This document shows positions 11,296 through 23,052 of a stretch of DNA of 64,000 nucleotides, one piece after another. Where the stretch lies: assembly GCA_030324005.1 (NCBI GenBank), contig JARDVH010000146.1, positions 27,769,699 to 27,833,698 on the forward strand. The letters run 5' to 3'. The notes under the pieces were generated by a model. It was given only the letters and a program-made list of their open reading frames with translations, had not been told where the DNA came from and did no database searches. The position numbers and the translations under genes were made by a program. Numbering within the stretch: position 1 is the first letter of the stretch; each line of letters opens with the position of its first letter. Origin of the DNA: Negaprion brevirostris (taxonomy: Eukaryota).

Positions 11296-13200
11296 AAGCA
11301 GTGGAGGAGAGGTGACATCTGCTGTACCCCTGCCCCTCAGGGCTGCTGCCCAAGGGGTTGTGCAGCAGGCATCACATGGGAGGCAATGGCATCTGCCGTG
11401 AATGCCAGGACACTGACCTCTCAGTCCAGAGGGGTCAGCACCATAAGAAGATGAATGATCTTCTTTGGGTTGCAGCTCATTCTTAAACCTTATATGTGTT
11501 GTGCTTACAACGTCAAACCAGCCCCAGACACTTCAAAGCCAACCACCAACCACAATCGCCCCCTCCATACTACATCCAACCACAGCGAAACCCCCCCCAC
11601 TCCCGCCAATCAGCACCTCTCAGTGGAGACCCATTTCCCTGAAATGACCAACACAAGCTCCCCAACCCTGATACACATTGTACTCCTTGTCTTTCCATAC
11701 ATCATGCTTTCAATTGCCCTCCAGTTTCCACAAGAGAAAACTGCACACACTGGCGTGAGAGGGGGTGGAGTACCTGAGCTATGACTGCTGTTGGGGTCTG
11801 AGCAGTGTGTCCTGGAGTTGGCAGGGGCAGATATGCCTCATTTGGTCACCGACTGTCAGGTCAACGTCCAGCATGCAAGTGAGCATCAGCTGAGCTGCCT
11901 TCCTAAGTCTTTGAAGTAAGTGCCATTCTTCATGGGCTGTTTTCCCTCCATTCCCTTAATGTGTGTTCTTTCTTGCAGTGGTGGATCCCGATGAACGAGG
12001 CCCTTTCGGTGTTGCTGCGTTCCCCCACTGCTCAGGAACCAACTGCAATGGACTCCTTTTGGAGGGATCCTCCGAGGACAGCACCAGTGAATCAGCACAG
12101 ACATGAGCAACACAACCAACACAGAGATTATCTTGATGGTGGAGCAAGCTAGTGCTGAGGCATCTGGGTCACTTACTGGTGAGCACATCACAGCCACTGA
12201 TACACATTAGGGTGAAGGAGACACATCAGAGAGTTTGGGCGTGCGGAAGTCTGCTGGACGTGAGGATGCCTCTAGCCAGATGCTTGACCTCAGGATTCGT
12301 TCATCCCAAAGCAGGTGGCGATGCATCAGAAAGCCCGGGGGACTTGTGGATGGGCTGTCAGCAACCATGCTGTGACTGCAAGGCTGTTTAGAGGAGTCAA
12401 ACAGAGTGCTGCTGCAACCAACACAGTGTGCAAACCAGGCCAACACTGCAAGGGTGGCGACTGCAGTGAAAAGTCTGGCTCAGGGATCTGGCCTCATGGG
12501 TGACAGAATCCAGGCCATCCTGGAGACAAGTGGGCCGTGGCTGAGGGCGTTGCCGACATCCTGGAGGCACACCAGTGTTTGGCCACGGATGTCAGAGGCA
12601 TGTTGGAGACACTACTGGCCATTGTTGAGGCTCTCACTGGGATTCTGGAGACACAGCAGGCCGTGGCTGTGAACCTCAACAACGTAGCCCAGGCTCAGAA
12701 GGTTAATGCTGAGAGGTTCCAGAGCTTGGCCCAGCCTCAGAGGGCCAGGGCTGAGGGGACACAGACCATGGGGCAGATGCAAGTAAGCCTCCAGAACTGG
12801 TGGAGCCAGGTGACACTGGAACTTCTGGAGTTCAGTCCAGCTACCCTGCATCCCATGGAGTGTCCCTGGGGACTATGGGCACCCCGAGAGACGAAGGGCT
12901 AGAGCCCATGCCAGGGCCTTCCACCCAGGAGATCCCGGACATCTTGAGACTCTCCGATTCCTCCTTCCAGGGTGTCTCAGGGCCCGGTGGATGAACAGGA
13001 TGGCACAGAAACATCAGAGTCATCCGTAAGTCAGCCAGGCCCTCCAGGTCTCAGCCACCCAGGGGATGTCTGCCAAGGTCATCATAGGCAACACCTCCAC
13101 CTCTGATGTGCATCCTGGGAGAGCATCTGGACGAAGCAGTGGGCTGCACAACAATAGAAAGTTGTAGGTTCACTAAGAGGGCATGGGAGTGAAGGCCAGC
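11296..13200 (+). pseudogene. Harbinger-associated Myb/SANT-like gene relic (multi-exon)
   Basis: Fragments EAVEER..LLYP, WEAMASAVNART, HKKMNDLL, then EKTAH..GGGVPEL..SEQCVLELAG. Donor at 11879 and acceptor at 11978. Ala/Gln-rich heptad-like ORF at 12537-12902. Many stops and frameshifts. Confidence 0.7.
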
Positions 13201-13764
13201 AGTTGCTGGGGTTAAGTTTTGGTCAACATTATGAGCACAATTAAACATTTTTTGCACCTCAGTGTTGTGACTAACCTGCCTCTGATTCTTTCCCCACAGA
13301 GCTGACTGTTCCCCAATCCCACATATCGAGGCGTAGACCACTCTGCTGCGCAATACCAGCCCCTCGGCCAAAACTTATAGACCACCTGCACTACTTTCCC
13401 CAGCATCCACTGGACCTTTGGTCAAATTCCACACACCTTGGCATTCCCCCCCCCCGCACATACCCCCATNNNNNNNNNNAACGGTTGAATCCCTGCTCAT
13501 TGCCCCACATGCTTGTGTACCCAACCCTTACTGCTACGTGGGCACAGGTGGCAGTGTGCATTTGGAGAGCAGGTAGGAGTCAGACTTGAGTGGTACCAGG
13601 GACAGGAACCTAGTGTGCTTTACAATGAGTTTTCATCATTCTCCAGCCTTCACCAAAGACTTGTTACCGTTGCCACCCATACTAAGTTCCATTGAACTTG
13701 AGTGAGATGCCAGGCTGAGACAGCCAGACCCCTAACACCAGAGATGAAAATGACCAACATCCAG

Positions 13765-13900
13765 GGTCTGGATTCTCCCTCCTCACCGGCAGCTGGGATT
13801 CTCCATTCTCGCTGCAGTGAACACAGTTTTGACTGAGCGGAGAATTTTCCGTTCCTGCTGGTGGTGACAGCAGGGCATGAACGGCCAGAGAATTCCGGTC
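13765..13900. mobile_element. Short MITE-like element
   Basis: GGGTCTGGATTCTCC...CCAGAGAATTCCGGTCC imperfect inverted ends. Confidence 0.55.
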
Positions 13901-14394
13901 CAGATTTCATCATGTCTCTGCTGTTTCCTGTTATTGTGAGGAGTGGGGCTTCCATGCATCCCTTAGAAGAAAATGAAGGGTGTCGGGCAGAATCGGAGGC
14001 TTGGACCCATGAAGCCGGGAGTCACTACTCTGGACCCTGGATGGGGATCTGGTTTATTGGTGGAAGCCGGCATGCTGAGAAAGATAAGGTGAGTTGCCGC
14101 TGATAAGGCTGCATGACAGCTTCTTTGATGGGGTGGTGAGGGGGGACTCACAGGGTATACTCACTCATAAGCAGACAAGACTGGGCATCTGTGACTATTT
14201 TGAAACCCTGCATATATTCCAAAAACAATTGGCAAGTTTTCTCTGTAGTGTCCAAGGAGGAAAAACTGTGAGAGGTGGATTATTCAGGATTCTTCATTGC
14301 CAGACTATCTGCCAGATGTTTGAACATGCCAAAACTTTGCCACATTTCTTATTGTGCTGGAATGAGGATGATAATTTTTGCCATCTTGTTTTGT

Positions 14395-14765
14395 TATTTT
14401 TATTCATTTATGGGACATAGGTGTCACTGGCTGGCCAGCATTTATTGTCCATCCCTAATTGCCCTTGAACTGAGTGGTTTGCTGTTCTTCCAGAGGGCAG
14501 CAGAGAGACAACCACATTGTTGTGAGTCTGGAGCCAGACCAGGCGAAGACAGCAGATTTCCTTCCCTAAAGGACAGTAGTGAACCAGATGGGTTTTTCCT
14601 GACAATCAGCAATGGTCATCAGTAGATTCTCAATTCCCGGTATTTTTTATTGAATTTAAATTTCACTATATGCCATGGCAGGATTCGAAGCTGGATCCCC
14701 AGAACATTAGCTGAGTTTCTGGATTAATTGTCTAGCAATAATATCACCACGTCATCACCTCCCCT
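14395..14765 (-). mobile_element. Second tRNA-headed SINE family, near full length
   Basis: Minus strand has a tRNA-like head with B-box and tail GGGATGGACAATAAATGCTGGCCAGCCAGTGACACC..ATGAATAAAA. Confidence 0.85.
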
Positions 14766-15297
14766 GGCAAAAGGCTTGTGATGATTACCACACAGTTGTA
14801 GCCTTTCCTCCTTTGACTGTTAAATAACACAACCGCATCCATTCCTTGGGGAAAGGGCATGGAGGTAAGAAGTAAATATTACCAAGTAAACAGTTCCAAC
14901 CAAAACAACATAATATGCCGAAACTGAGAGTCTCCGACTTCAGTTACTAGAGACCTCTTGTGTGATGACCGGAACAGTCAGGTTGGCAGCTCACTCACTA
15001 ATAGTCATATTCACGTACTGCAGTCTTATGAAAAGACTTGGAACTGTAGCGAATTATTGTTCAAAAATGAAGCTGTTGGAAAGCCGCCAGAGCTTTGAAA
15101 ATGGTCAGGTTTGCCACATTTGCACACCCCCCCCCCAACTCTAAAATGCCAACAGCTCTTGGGAGCTCACATTCTCCCCATGGATGGAAAAATGCCGTAA
15201 GGCCAACCTTTTGCAACTTATTTGCAAAATGCTGCTTCACAACCTCAGCAATACAAAAGAAACTAGCACTCCCCTTTAAAAAAAGCACAGTTGCAGA

Positions 15298-15710
15298 TCA
15301 TAGAATCATACAATCCCTACAGTACGGAAAGAGGTCATTCGATCCTTTCATGGGAATTTTACCATTCCGCCTGCCACAGGAATCGTAGTGGACGGGGGCG
15401 GATCACGGAAAGGTTCGTTGACTTCGCGTGGGAATTTCCAGCCTTGCAGTGAGCGTGACCAGAAAATCCTGCCCATTGAGTCTGCACCGACTCTCCGACA
15501 GAGCACCCCACCCAAGCCCTATTCCTAGAACCCCACTTATTTATCCCACTAATCCCTCCCTAACCTGCACATCTTAGGACACTGAGGGACAATTTTAACC
15601 TGGTCAATCTCCCTAACCTGCACATCTTTGGACTGTGGGAAGAAACCAGAGCACCCGGAGGAAACCCACACAGACACGGGGGGGCAGGGGACGAATATGC
15701 AAACTCCATG
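15298..15710 (-). mobile_element. V-SINE tail A, interrupted by a MITE
   Basis: Tail at 15298-15345 resumes at about 15473 (CCCATTGAGTCTGCACCGACTCTCCGACAG). Confidence 0.85.
15350..15475. mobile_element. MITE nested in a SINE
   Basis: TGGGAATTTTACC...GAAAATCCTGCCCA ends; homologous to 50972-51097. Confidence 0.65.
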
Positions 15711-16514
15711 ACATGAACTGAATAGGTAGTGGATAGTGCATGTTTATCTTCTTTCCATGTTCACTAAACAAATTGCTCAAGGAATTAATACAGTGTTGGT
15801 ACTGTTCCATCCTCCCTAGCCAACAGATTTGATCAATGTAGTCTGGATAAGCTGTCTATTTTTTCTGATGTAGCTGCTTAGACCCTTACACGAAGTGTTA
15901 TCATTAGGAGAGTTGGTTTTGTTTTCAAATATAGGAGTAAGGAAACAGTGAGTTGAGGGCGGACTGCTCTGAAGGGTGACTGGACCTCTGCTCTGCCATT
16001 GTTATGTTGCTTGTGTTGTTAATGATGCAGCTCTGGCATTCTGTCTGCTTATTGTGTGCTGGCCATCTGCTGAATGTGGCTGGGGTCTTTCACATTGGCG
16101 CTCCGGAGTCTGAGCGTGAAAATGGATCACTGGGGCACGATCTGGAGCATTTGACAGCCGCAAGGGCTTGGCAGGGATTCTGGGACCGGAGCCAAGTCAG
16201 CCACAGAGCCAGTAATTTGCAGCTGAGTTATGAAGTCCCGAATTAAAAGGGCTACCTGTAATTTGAAGGCACATGTTATTTAGTTCTGCTCCTTACGAGG
16301 CCTAGAAAAACAATTGAGAGATATTTCAGGTTTGTGTTTGTCCCTCCAATGCTGTTTTCAAAGTATTGAAATGGTTTAGAAAATAATACTTCACACATGA
16401 GAGAATTAAGTCAATCATGTGAACAATGATGATGAAAGAAGAGGTCGAAATTGTTTGAATGGTGAGCAAGAACAGTTTATAAATGTCACTTGAATCCCTT
16501 GACTTTTGATTTCA

Positions 16515-16976
16515 AATCATAGAAACCCTACAGCATAGAAAGAGGCCATTCGGCCCATCAAGTTTGCACCAACCACAATCCCACCCAGGCCCTACCTCCA
16601 TTTCTCTACACATTTACCTGCTAATCCCTCTAACCCATGCATCTCAGGACACTAAGGGGCAATTTTAGCATGGCCAATCAACCTAACCCGCACATCTTTG
16701 GACNNNNNNNNNNNNNNNNNNNNNNNNNNNNNNNNNNNNNNNNNNNNNNNNNNNNNNNNNNNNNNNNNNNNNNNNNNNNNNNNNNNNNNNNNNNNNNNNN
16801 NNNCTAACCCGCACATCTTTCGACTGTGGGAGGAAACCGGAGCACCCGGAGGAAACCCATGCAGACATGAGGAGAATGTGCAAACTCCACTCAGACAGGG
16901 ACCCAAGCCAAGAATCAAACCCTGTTCCCTGGAACTGTGAAGCAGCAGTGCTAACCACTGTGCTACCATGCCGCCC
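16515..16976 (-). mobile_element. V-SINE tail A (spans a gap)
   Basis: Reverse-strand head, V-domain and tail. Confidence 0.9.
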
Positions 16977-16977
16977 A

Positions 16978-17810
16978 ATTTGATTTATTATTGTCACATA
17001 TATCAGGATACAGTGAAAATTGTTTCTTTCATGCTATACAAAGCATACTATTCATAGAGTATGTAGGCGAGAAGGAAAGGCAAGGGTGCAGAATATAGTG
17101 TTACAGTGATAGCTTGGGTATAGAGAAAGATCAAATTAATATCAGGAAGGCCCATTCAAAAGTCTAATGGCAGCAGGGAAGAAGCTGCTCTTGAGTCAGT
17201 TGGTACATGATCTCAGCCCTTTTGTATCTTTTTCCTGACAGAAGAAGGTGGAAGAGAGGATCTCTGGGGGGTTTGGGGTCCTGAATTCTGGTGGCTGCTT
17301 TTCAGATGCAGTGGGAAAGGTTGACGAAATCAATGTGTGGGAAGTTGGTTTGCGTGATGGACTGGGCTACAATGTGACACAATGGTTCATGCTGCTACCT
17401 CACAGTGCCAAGGACCCAGGTTCATTTCCCAGCTTGAATCATTGTCTGTGCGGAATCTGCAGGGTTCTCCCATGTCTGTGTGGGTTTCCTCTGGATGCTC
17501 TGATTTCCTCCCATAGTCCAAAAAGCATGCTTATTAGGTGCATTGGCCATGATAAATCCTTCCTCAGTGTACCCAAACAGACCGTGGTGTCTAGGGGATT
17601 TTCACAGTAACGTTATTACAGTGTTAATGTAAGCCTACTTGCGACACTAATAAATAAATGTTAAACCCTTTGTAGTTTCTTGCCGTCCTGGTCATTGCAG
17701 GAGCCATACCAAGCTGTGATACATCTGGGAAGAATGCTTTCTGTGCCGTATCTGTAAAAATTGGTGAGAGTCATAGCAGAGAAGCCAAATTTTCTCAGCC
17801 TCCTGAGTAT
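16978..17810 (-). mobile_element. Rex1/Babar-like LINE 3' region, interrupted by a SINE
   Basis: 17667-17807 minus encodes LRRLRKFGFSAMTLTNFYRYGTESILPRCITAWYGSCNDQDGKKLQR, a typical Rex1/Babar C-terminal motif. The 3'UTR matches 7266-7560. Confidence 0.75.
17370..17665 (+). mobile_element. V-SINE tail B nested in the Rex1-like LINE
   Basis: Head and V-domain plus tail GGGATTTTCACAGTAAC..GACACTAATAAATAAA. Confidence 0.85.
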
Positions 17811-19979
17811 TGTAGCAGATTCTTAGTCATTGGCCTGTTATATATAATGCACCATATGCTGATGGGTTAATTGGAAATTGTATTCCTAACTTTAAAAAAC
17901 AAATCAAATTGACTGATGGATACATGGCATTGTCGGAGAGGTGGCAGAACAAGTCCTCTTTCGGCCTTTAGGTTGCCAGTAAATCAGTTGTTCAGGGTGT
18001 ATCATTCATCCAAGTAATAAGCAGAGTTGGAATGATAAGCTTGTATGCCGTCTGGAGGTTAGGATTAGAGCTGAAGTTCTTTTTGAGTGTTTTTTCAGCC
18101 AAAAACTGGCTGGCAGTCTATAACTTCAATACCATGCATCGGTTGGTTTTTATTTACTCTATCGTGCTGACTTACTGCTTTAAAACAATGAACACAGATT
18201 GTATGCTCAACAAGCTGTGGTGTCTGAACATGTGAACGTGGCATAATGTTCAGAGTTCAGTACTTCTGGGAAGTAGTGAAATGCTCACTTTCTACCTGCA
18301 AGCAGTGTTTCAGTAATTTCAGAAAGTTTAGTTGCAAATGTAGTGCCTCGCTAGTCAGGAATCTAGCACAGGTCACCCGATTGACCTCATATGTTCTCAC
18401 CTCATAGCTGACCCATGCTCCCAACTAACAAGGAATCACACCAGGGATTGATCCAAGAAAAATGACACTGCTAAATGAGGCCGGCTGTAACAAAGGCCAT
18501 ATCGGTGTCAATGAGAGTAGATGAATTCATTTATGTGACTTACTTTTCCCTCAACATTCAGTTCAACTTTCAGTGACTTTTGTAGCTTTAGGAACAGTCA
18601 GAAGAAACCATTAATTAATACCACTTCCTCTTTATTTGCNNNNNNNNNNNNNNNNNNNNNNNNNNNNNNNNNNNNNNNNNNNNNNNNNNNNNNNNNNNNN
18701 NNNNNNNNNNNNNNNNNNNNNNNNNNNNNNNNNNNNNNNCTTCCTCTTTATTTGCTTATTGTGACTGTGCAAGTTGTAACAGTCACCCCCACAGTCAAAG
18801 GAGGAAACTTTGTGATGTCAGTTCAGTGCCTTTGGGGAATCTATGGCGCGATGCCAGCACTCCCCTCTCTGTTCGGGTGGGTGGTTTCTGTTTAAAGCAG
18901 GATTGTCAGCAATAACATAAAAACAGAAAGAAACTTCTCAGAATAGAGTGGCTTCAACAAGAAGCCCACCCACCTGGACAAGAATGTTGGCATAAAAGAT
19001 TGTCAGCTGAGGTAATCTTTCAAGAAAGTGACATGGCAGTGGCGTGTCATCCCATGACAAATCTGGCACTTTATCACAATGTGATATTTGACCCTGAAGG
19101 TCAACACATTTTGCATCCACGTTAGTGGAAGCAGTGGAAACGCTGCCAGTCCTTCTTTGAATAAACCGTCGGTAAATTTTAACAATGCGTTTGCATGAGA
19201 AACACAATCTCTCCCCGCATCTTCAAAGAATTATGGGCAAAGGAATGAAACCATGCTTTTTGATATATTATCTACACTCAGTAATCTCAGAGCATAATGT
19301 GTGGTTGATAACATCTCAANNNNNNNNNNNNNNNNNNNNNNNNNNNNNNNNNNNNNNNNNNNNNNNNNNNNNNNNNNNNNNNNNNNNNNNNNNNNNNNNN
19401 NNNNNNNNNNNNNNNNNNNNNNNNNNNNNNNNNNNNNNNNNNNNNNNNNNNNNNNNNNNNNNNNNNNNNNNNNNNNNNNNNNNNNNNNNNNNNNNNNNNN
19501 NNNNNNNNNNNNNNNNNNNNNNNNNNNNNNNNNNNNNNNNNNNNNNNNNNNNNNNNNNNNNNNNNNNNNNNNNNNNNNNNNNNNNNNNNNNNNNNNNNNN
19601 NNNNNNNNNNNNNNNNNNNNNNNNNNNNNNNNNNNNNNNNNNNNNNNNNNNNNNNNNNNNNNNNNNNNNNNNNNNNNNNNGTGCTGTGAGGCAGCAATGC
19701 CAACCGCTGTGCTAATCATTGTGCCACCATACTGTCCTTCTTCTACTTCAAAGATGGATGTTGGGACTGTACGAAGTATCGATGTGCGGACCCACGTGGG
19801 AAATGCCCGGGAAGTTTAGCTTCCAGTGGGAAATTCCCCTGCCCTCCAGGCCAGCTATAAATGTCTCCCACTATGAGTTTGAGGTGAAGACTTTGGACTA
19901 TTCCACCTTAAAACTTAACCAGGAAATGTTAGACTTGAAAAACCTAATTTAACTCCTAGATAACTCCAGAATGGAAACC

Positions 19980-20605
19980 CCCATCACTGACATTGACCCC
20001 GATTACCTTGACCTCTGACTACCCCACCTGACCACCCAAGTACCTCCATGACTCCTCAACAACACTCCTGACTTCCTGACCACCCTATTAAAACCCCCAG
20101 TTAACTCCTTCATCCAGACTAACCCCGACAACAGAACTACACCCCCAAGTACCCGAACATCCGACTACCCTCCAACCAGCTAACTACNNNNNNNNNNCCA
20201 CTTGCCATCTATCCACCCCACCCAACCATCACCTACCCACCTTGCAAACTCATACACCTACCCATCTCACTCACCTCAACCACCTATCCTCTATTCATTT
20301 ACCCACCTACCAATTCACCTCATACACCAACACACCTTACTCACCTATCTACTTACCCACTTACTCACCAAACCCACCTATCCTCTCCTCACTTACTCAT
20401 CTTACCCCCTACCATCTATCCATCTACCCACCTCCTACACTTACCCACTCCACTCATCTACCTACCCACCTCACCCACCTACCCATTTACCCATCTCACT
20501 GACCCTTTCCCTACCCACCACCCACCTCACATACCTTTCCACTTCACTCACCTACCTCCTGCTCACTCATCCACCTCACCCACCCCCTCGCTCATCCATT
20601 CACTA
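19980..20605 (+). repeat. C/A-rich low-complexity tract (ACCC/CTCACC/CCTACC-like units)
   Basis: Almost G-free plus strand over 20200-20605 with short degenerate repeats. Confidence 0.8.
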
Positions 20606-21234
20606 ATATCCAGATTGGGCAATTGAGCTTACAATATGACAGCTTGTTCTGTAAAAAGGGGTCTTGTCTTGACTTTTCCCAACTCCATGACGGATGGAGT
20701 TCTCTGGGGAAAGCTGTGCTTTACATTTTTAGGACAGATGAGTTCCGAAGACCCCAGCAGGAATACAGAGGAGCAGGCAAATTTCCAGATTCAGTGGGAT
20801 TGCCGCTTCTCGGAGGTTCCGGGCCCATTCAAAAAATCTCACCTGGGCAGGTGCCAGAGATTCTAACCACATGCTCACTTATACCAGAGTTAGACAAGAT
20901 CTAGCGAACCTTGGAACAAGCTCGCATCTGTGAATAAAAGCTGCTTCAGTCAGAATGCCACATGGATATTGCAAGCAACAGATGTAAGAGCATTCAAGTT
21001 TTACACTTTAGAGCAGAAACTATGGGCCAGAAAATAGTTTGCTCCAATTTTTGGGTGCAGTTCTCACAATAAACAACTTGTTACTGTACATACTGAGGGA
21101 GACACAACACAACATTTGTTGGTGTTATCTCAATGACTGCTACAGTTCCCTGAGTGACTCCATGTTGATTTCTGTTCTTTGATGCTTTGATTCATGTAGA
21201 AGTAGAAGGTATCAGCAGTGTGGTTCACAGATAA

Positions 21235-21360
21235 TGGATGAGATTTTCCAGCCGTGATCGCTCCAACACCGGAAAATCCTGCCTGAGGTCATCGGGTCTT
21301 TGCATGGTCTGCCTCCGCCAGCTACAATTCATGTGGCAGGCGGGATAGGAAAACTGATCC
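21235..21360. mobile_element. Short MITE-like element
   Basis: GAGATTTTCCAGCC..GGAAAATCCTGCCTGAGGTCA..GGAAAACTGATCC; same family as 15350. Confidence 0.6.
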
Positions 21361-21465
21361 TTATGTGCCCACCTCTTCTTAAAGGCAAGCTGAACTCAAG
21401 AGAGCTTCACAGCCTCTGCCCCATATCCCTGTCCTGTTGCAGACCCAAGAGCTACTGCCCTTGCT

Positions 21466-21818
21466 GCGGCACAGTGGCACAGTGGTTAGCACTCCTGCCT
21501 CACAGTGCCAGGGACCCGGGTTCAATTTTGGCCTTGGATGGACTCTATCTGTGGAGTTTGCACGTTCTCCCCGTGTCTGCTTGGGTTTACTCCGGGTGCT
21601 CCAGTTTCCTCCCACAGTCAAAGATATACAGGTTAGGTTCATGGACCACTAAATTGTCCTTACTGTCCAAAAATCTGCACGTTAGGAGGATTAGTTGTGG
21701 CAAATGCATGGGGTTGGGGGGAGAGATTGGGGTGGCTGGACATGGGTAAGATGAGAGTCAGTGCATAATTGATGGGCTGAATGGCCTCCTTCTGCACTAG
21801 AAGGATTCTATGGATTCT
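21466..21818 (+). mobile_element. V-SINE tail A
   Basis: Full head, V-domain and tail. Confidence 0.9.
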
Positions 21819-22499
21819 TCTAAAAGTGTTGCAACCAATGTGTGTTCAGGTCACGTACCCCTCTGTCCTCTAGGTGAGGAGGTGACAACATACATTAATA
21901 GCTTCAAAAACACTCTGCCATAGAGAATGTTCTAGAAAGTTACCTTATCATCAATCAGGGTGCCTGATTTAATTAATGCTACGGGAGGACCCAGCTTGCA
22001 ATATTGTTTACTTTTGACTGAATAACACAGATGTTGCCTTGATACGCATTGCTTAAATTTGGGATGTTGGCATCACATCAGTCATTTGGGCTGTGTGATG
22101 CCAGTATAGCACTGGATTAAAGCCTCCTGGTGCTTGCAGGGAATGCACCTACATTGGCTCTTATCCTCACAGATATGAACTATGCAGGAATGGTTGGTGG
22201 CGGGGGTGGGGAGGTGGACTGAGGTAGGGTGTGTGCTGCTTCAAAGCAGCAACACGTAAGGCAATTTCTCACTCTGTAAAACGTTGCTGCCAGTACATGG
22301 TAGATACAAGGGCAGGTTGGAGGCAGATGCAGCTTCAGCGCTGTAGCCCTGATCCAATGCTGACAGTTGTTGCATGTCTGTGCAGTGGATCCTCTCAGTT
22401 TTCCCTCTGATTATGCCCTGTTGCCGGTCAAAGAGAATTTCAACTTTGGCACCAAAATAAATTGCTGCCTTTTGTAATGGTGGGTTCAGGCAAAAATCC

Positions 22500-22660
22500 T
22501 AAAATGTTAGGTTAGGTTGATTGGTAAATTGCCCCTTAGTGTCAGGGAGGCTAGCAGAGAAATAAGTGGGGTTATGGGGATGGGGCTGGGTGGGATTGTT
22601 GTCAGTGCAGCCTTAATGGCCGAATGGCCTTCTTCTGCATTGTGGGATTTTATGATTCTA
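22500..22660 (+). mobile_element. V-SINE 3' part, tail A
   Basis: TAAATTGCCCCTTAGTGTC..GAATGGCCTTCTTCTGCA..TATGATTCTA. Confidence 0.8.
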
Positions 22661-22714
22661 AAAAAACTAAAGACAATTGATTCTGTTTCTAAAAATTAAA
22701 AACTAACTAAATAA

Positions 22715-22876
22715 AATAGGTGATGTGTTGTTCCTGCATGATATGGGAGCTGGTGGACCCCATTGTGGTTCTGAGTGAACACGTCTGTAGTGTTGATTAC
22801 TTGGGGAACTGCAGCTCAGAGTTGTTTAACTAGAGTCTGAGTTCAGACACGGCGACACATCAGGGTAGGGGAGAGG
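22715..22876 (+). mobile_element. CR1 ORF1 N-terminal relic (Cys cluster plus leucine-zipper-like)
   Basis: VMCCSCMIWELVDPIVVLSEHVC..ELQLRV..LESE..RHIR. Confidence 0.65.
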
Positions 22877-23052
22877 NNNNNNNNNNNNNNNNNNNNNNNN
22901 NNNNNNNNNNNNNNNNNNNNNNNNNNNNNNNNNNNNNNNNNNNNNNNNNNNNNNNNNNNNNNNNNNNNNNNNNNNNGAACACTCTGTCATTAGTGGGCGG
23001 GGGGGGGGCGGTGGTTGTGGTGAAGACGATCGTTTCTGGGTTCTCTTCAGCT

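Noticed and set aside
16004-16246. ORF starting with hydrophobic MLLVLLMMQLW, resembling a secreted peptide
   Set aside because: No recognisable domain, splice context or polyA support.
20202-20606. 134-aa Pro/Thr/His/Leu-rich ORF
   Set aside because: Open only because the low-complexity tract lacks stops.
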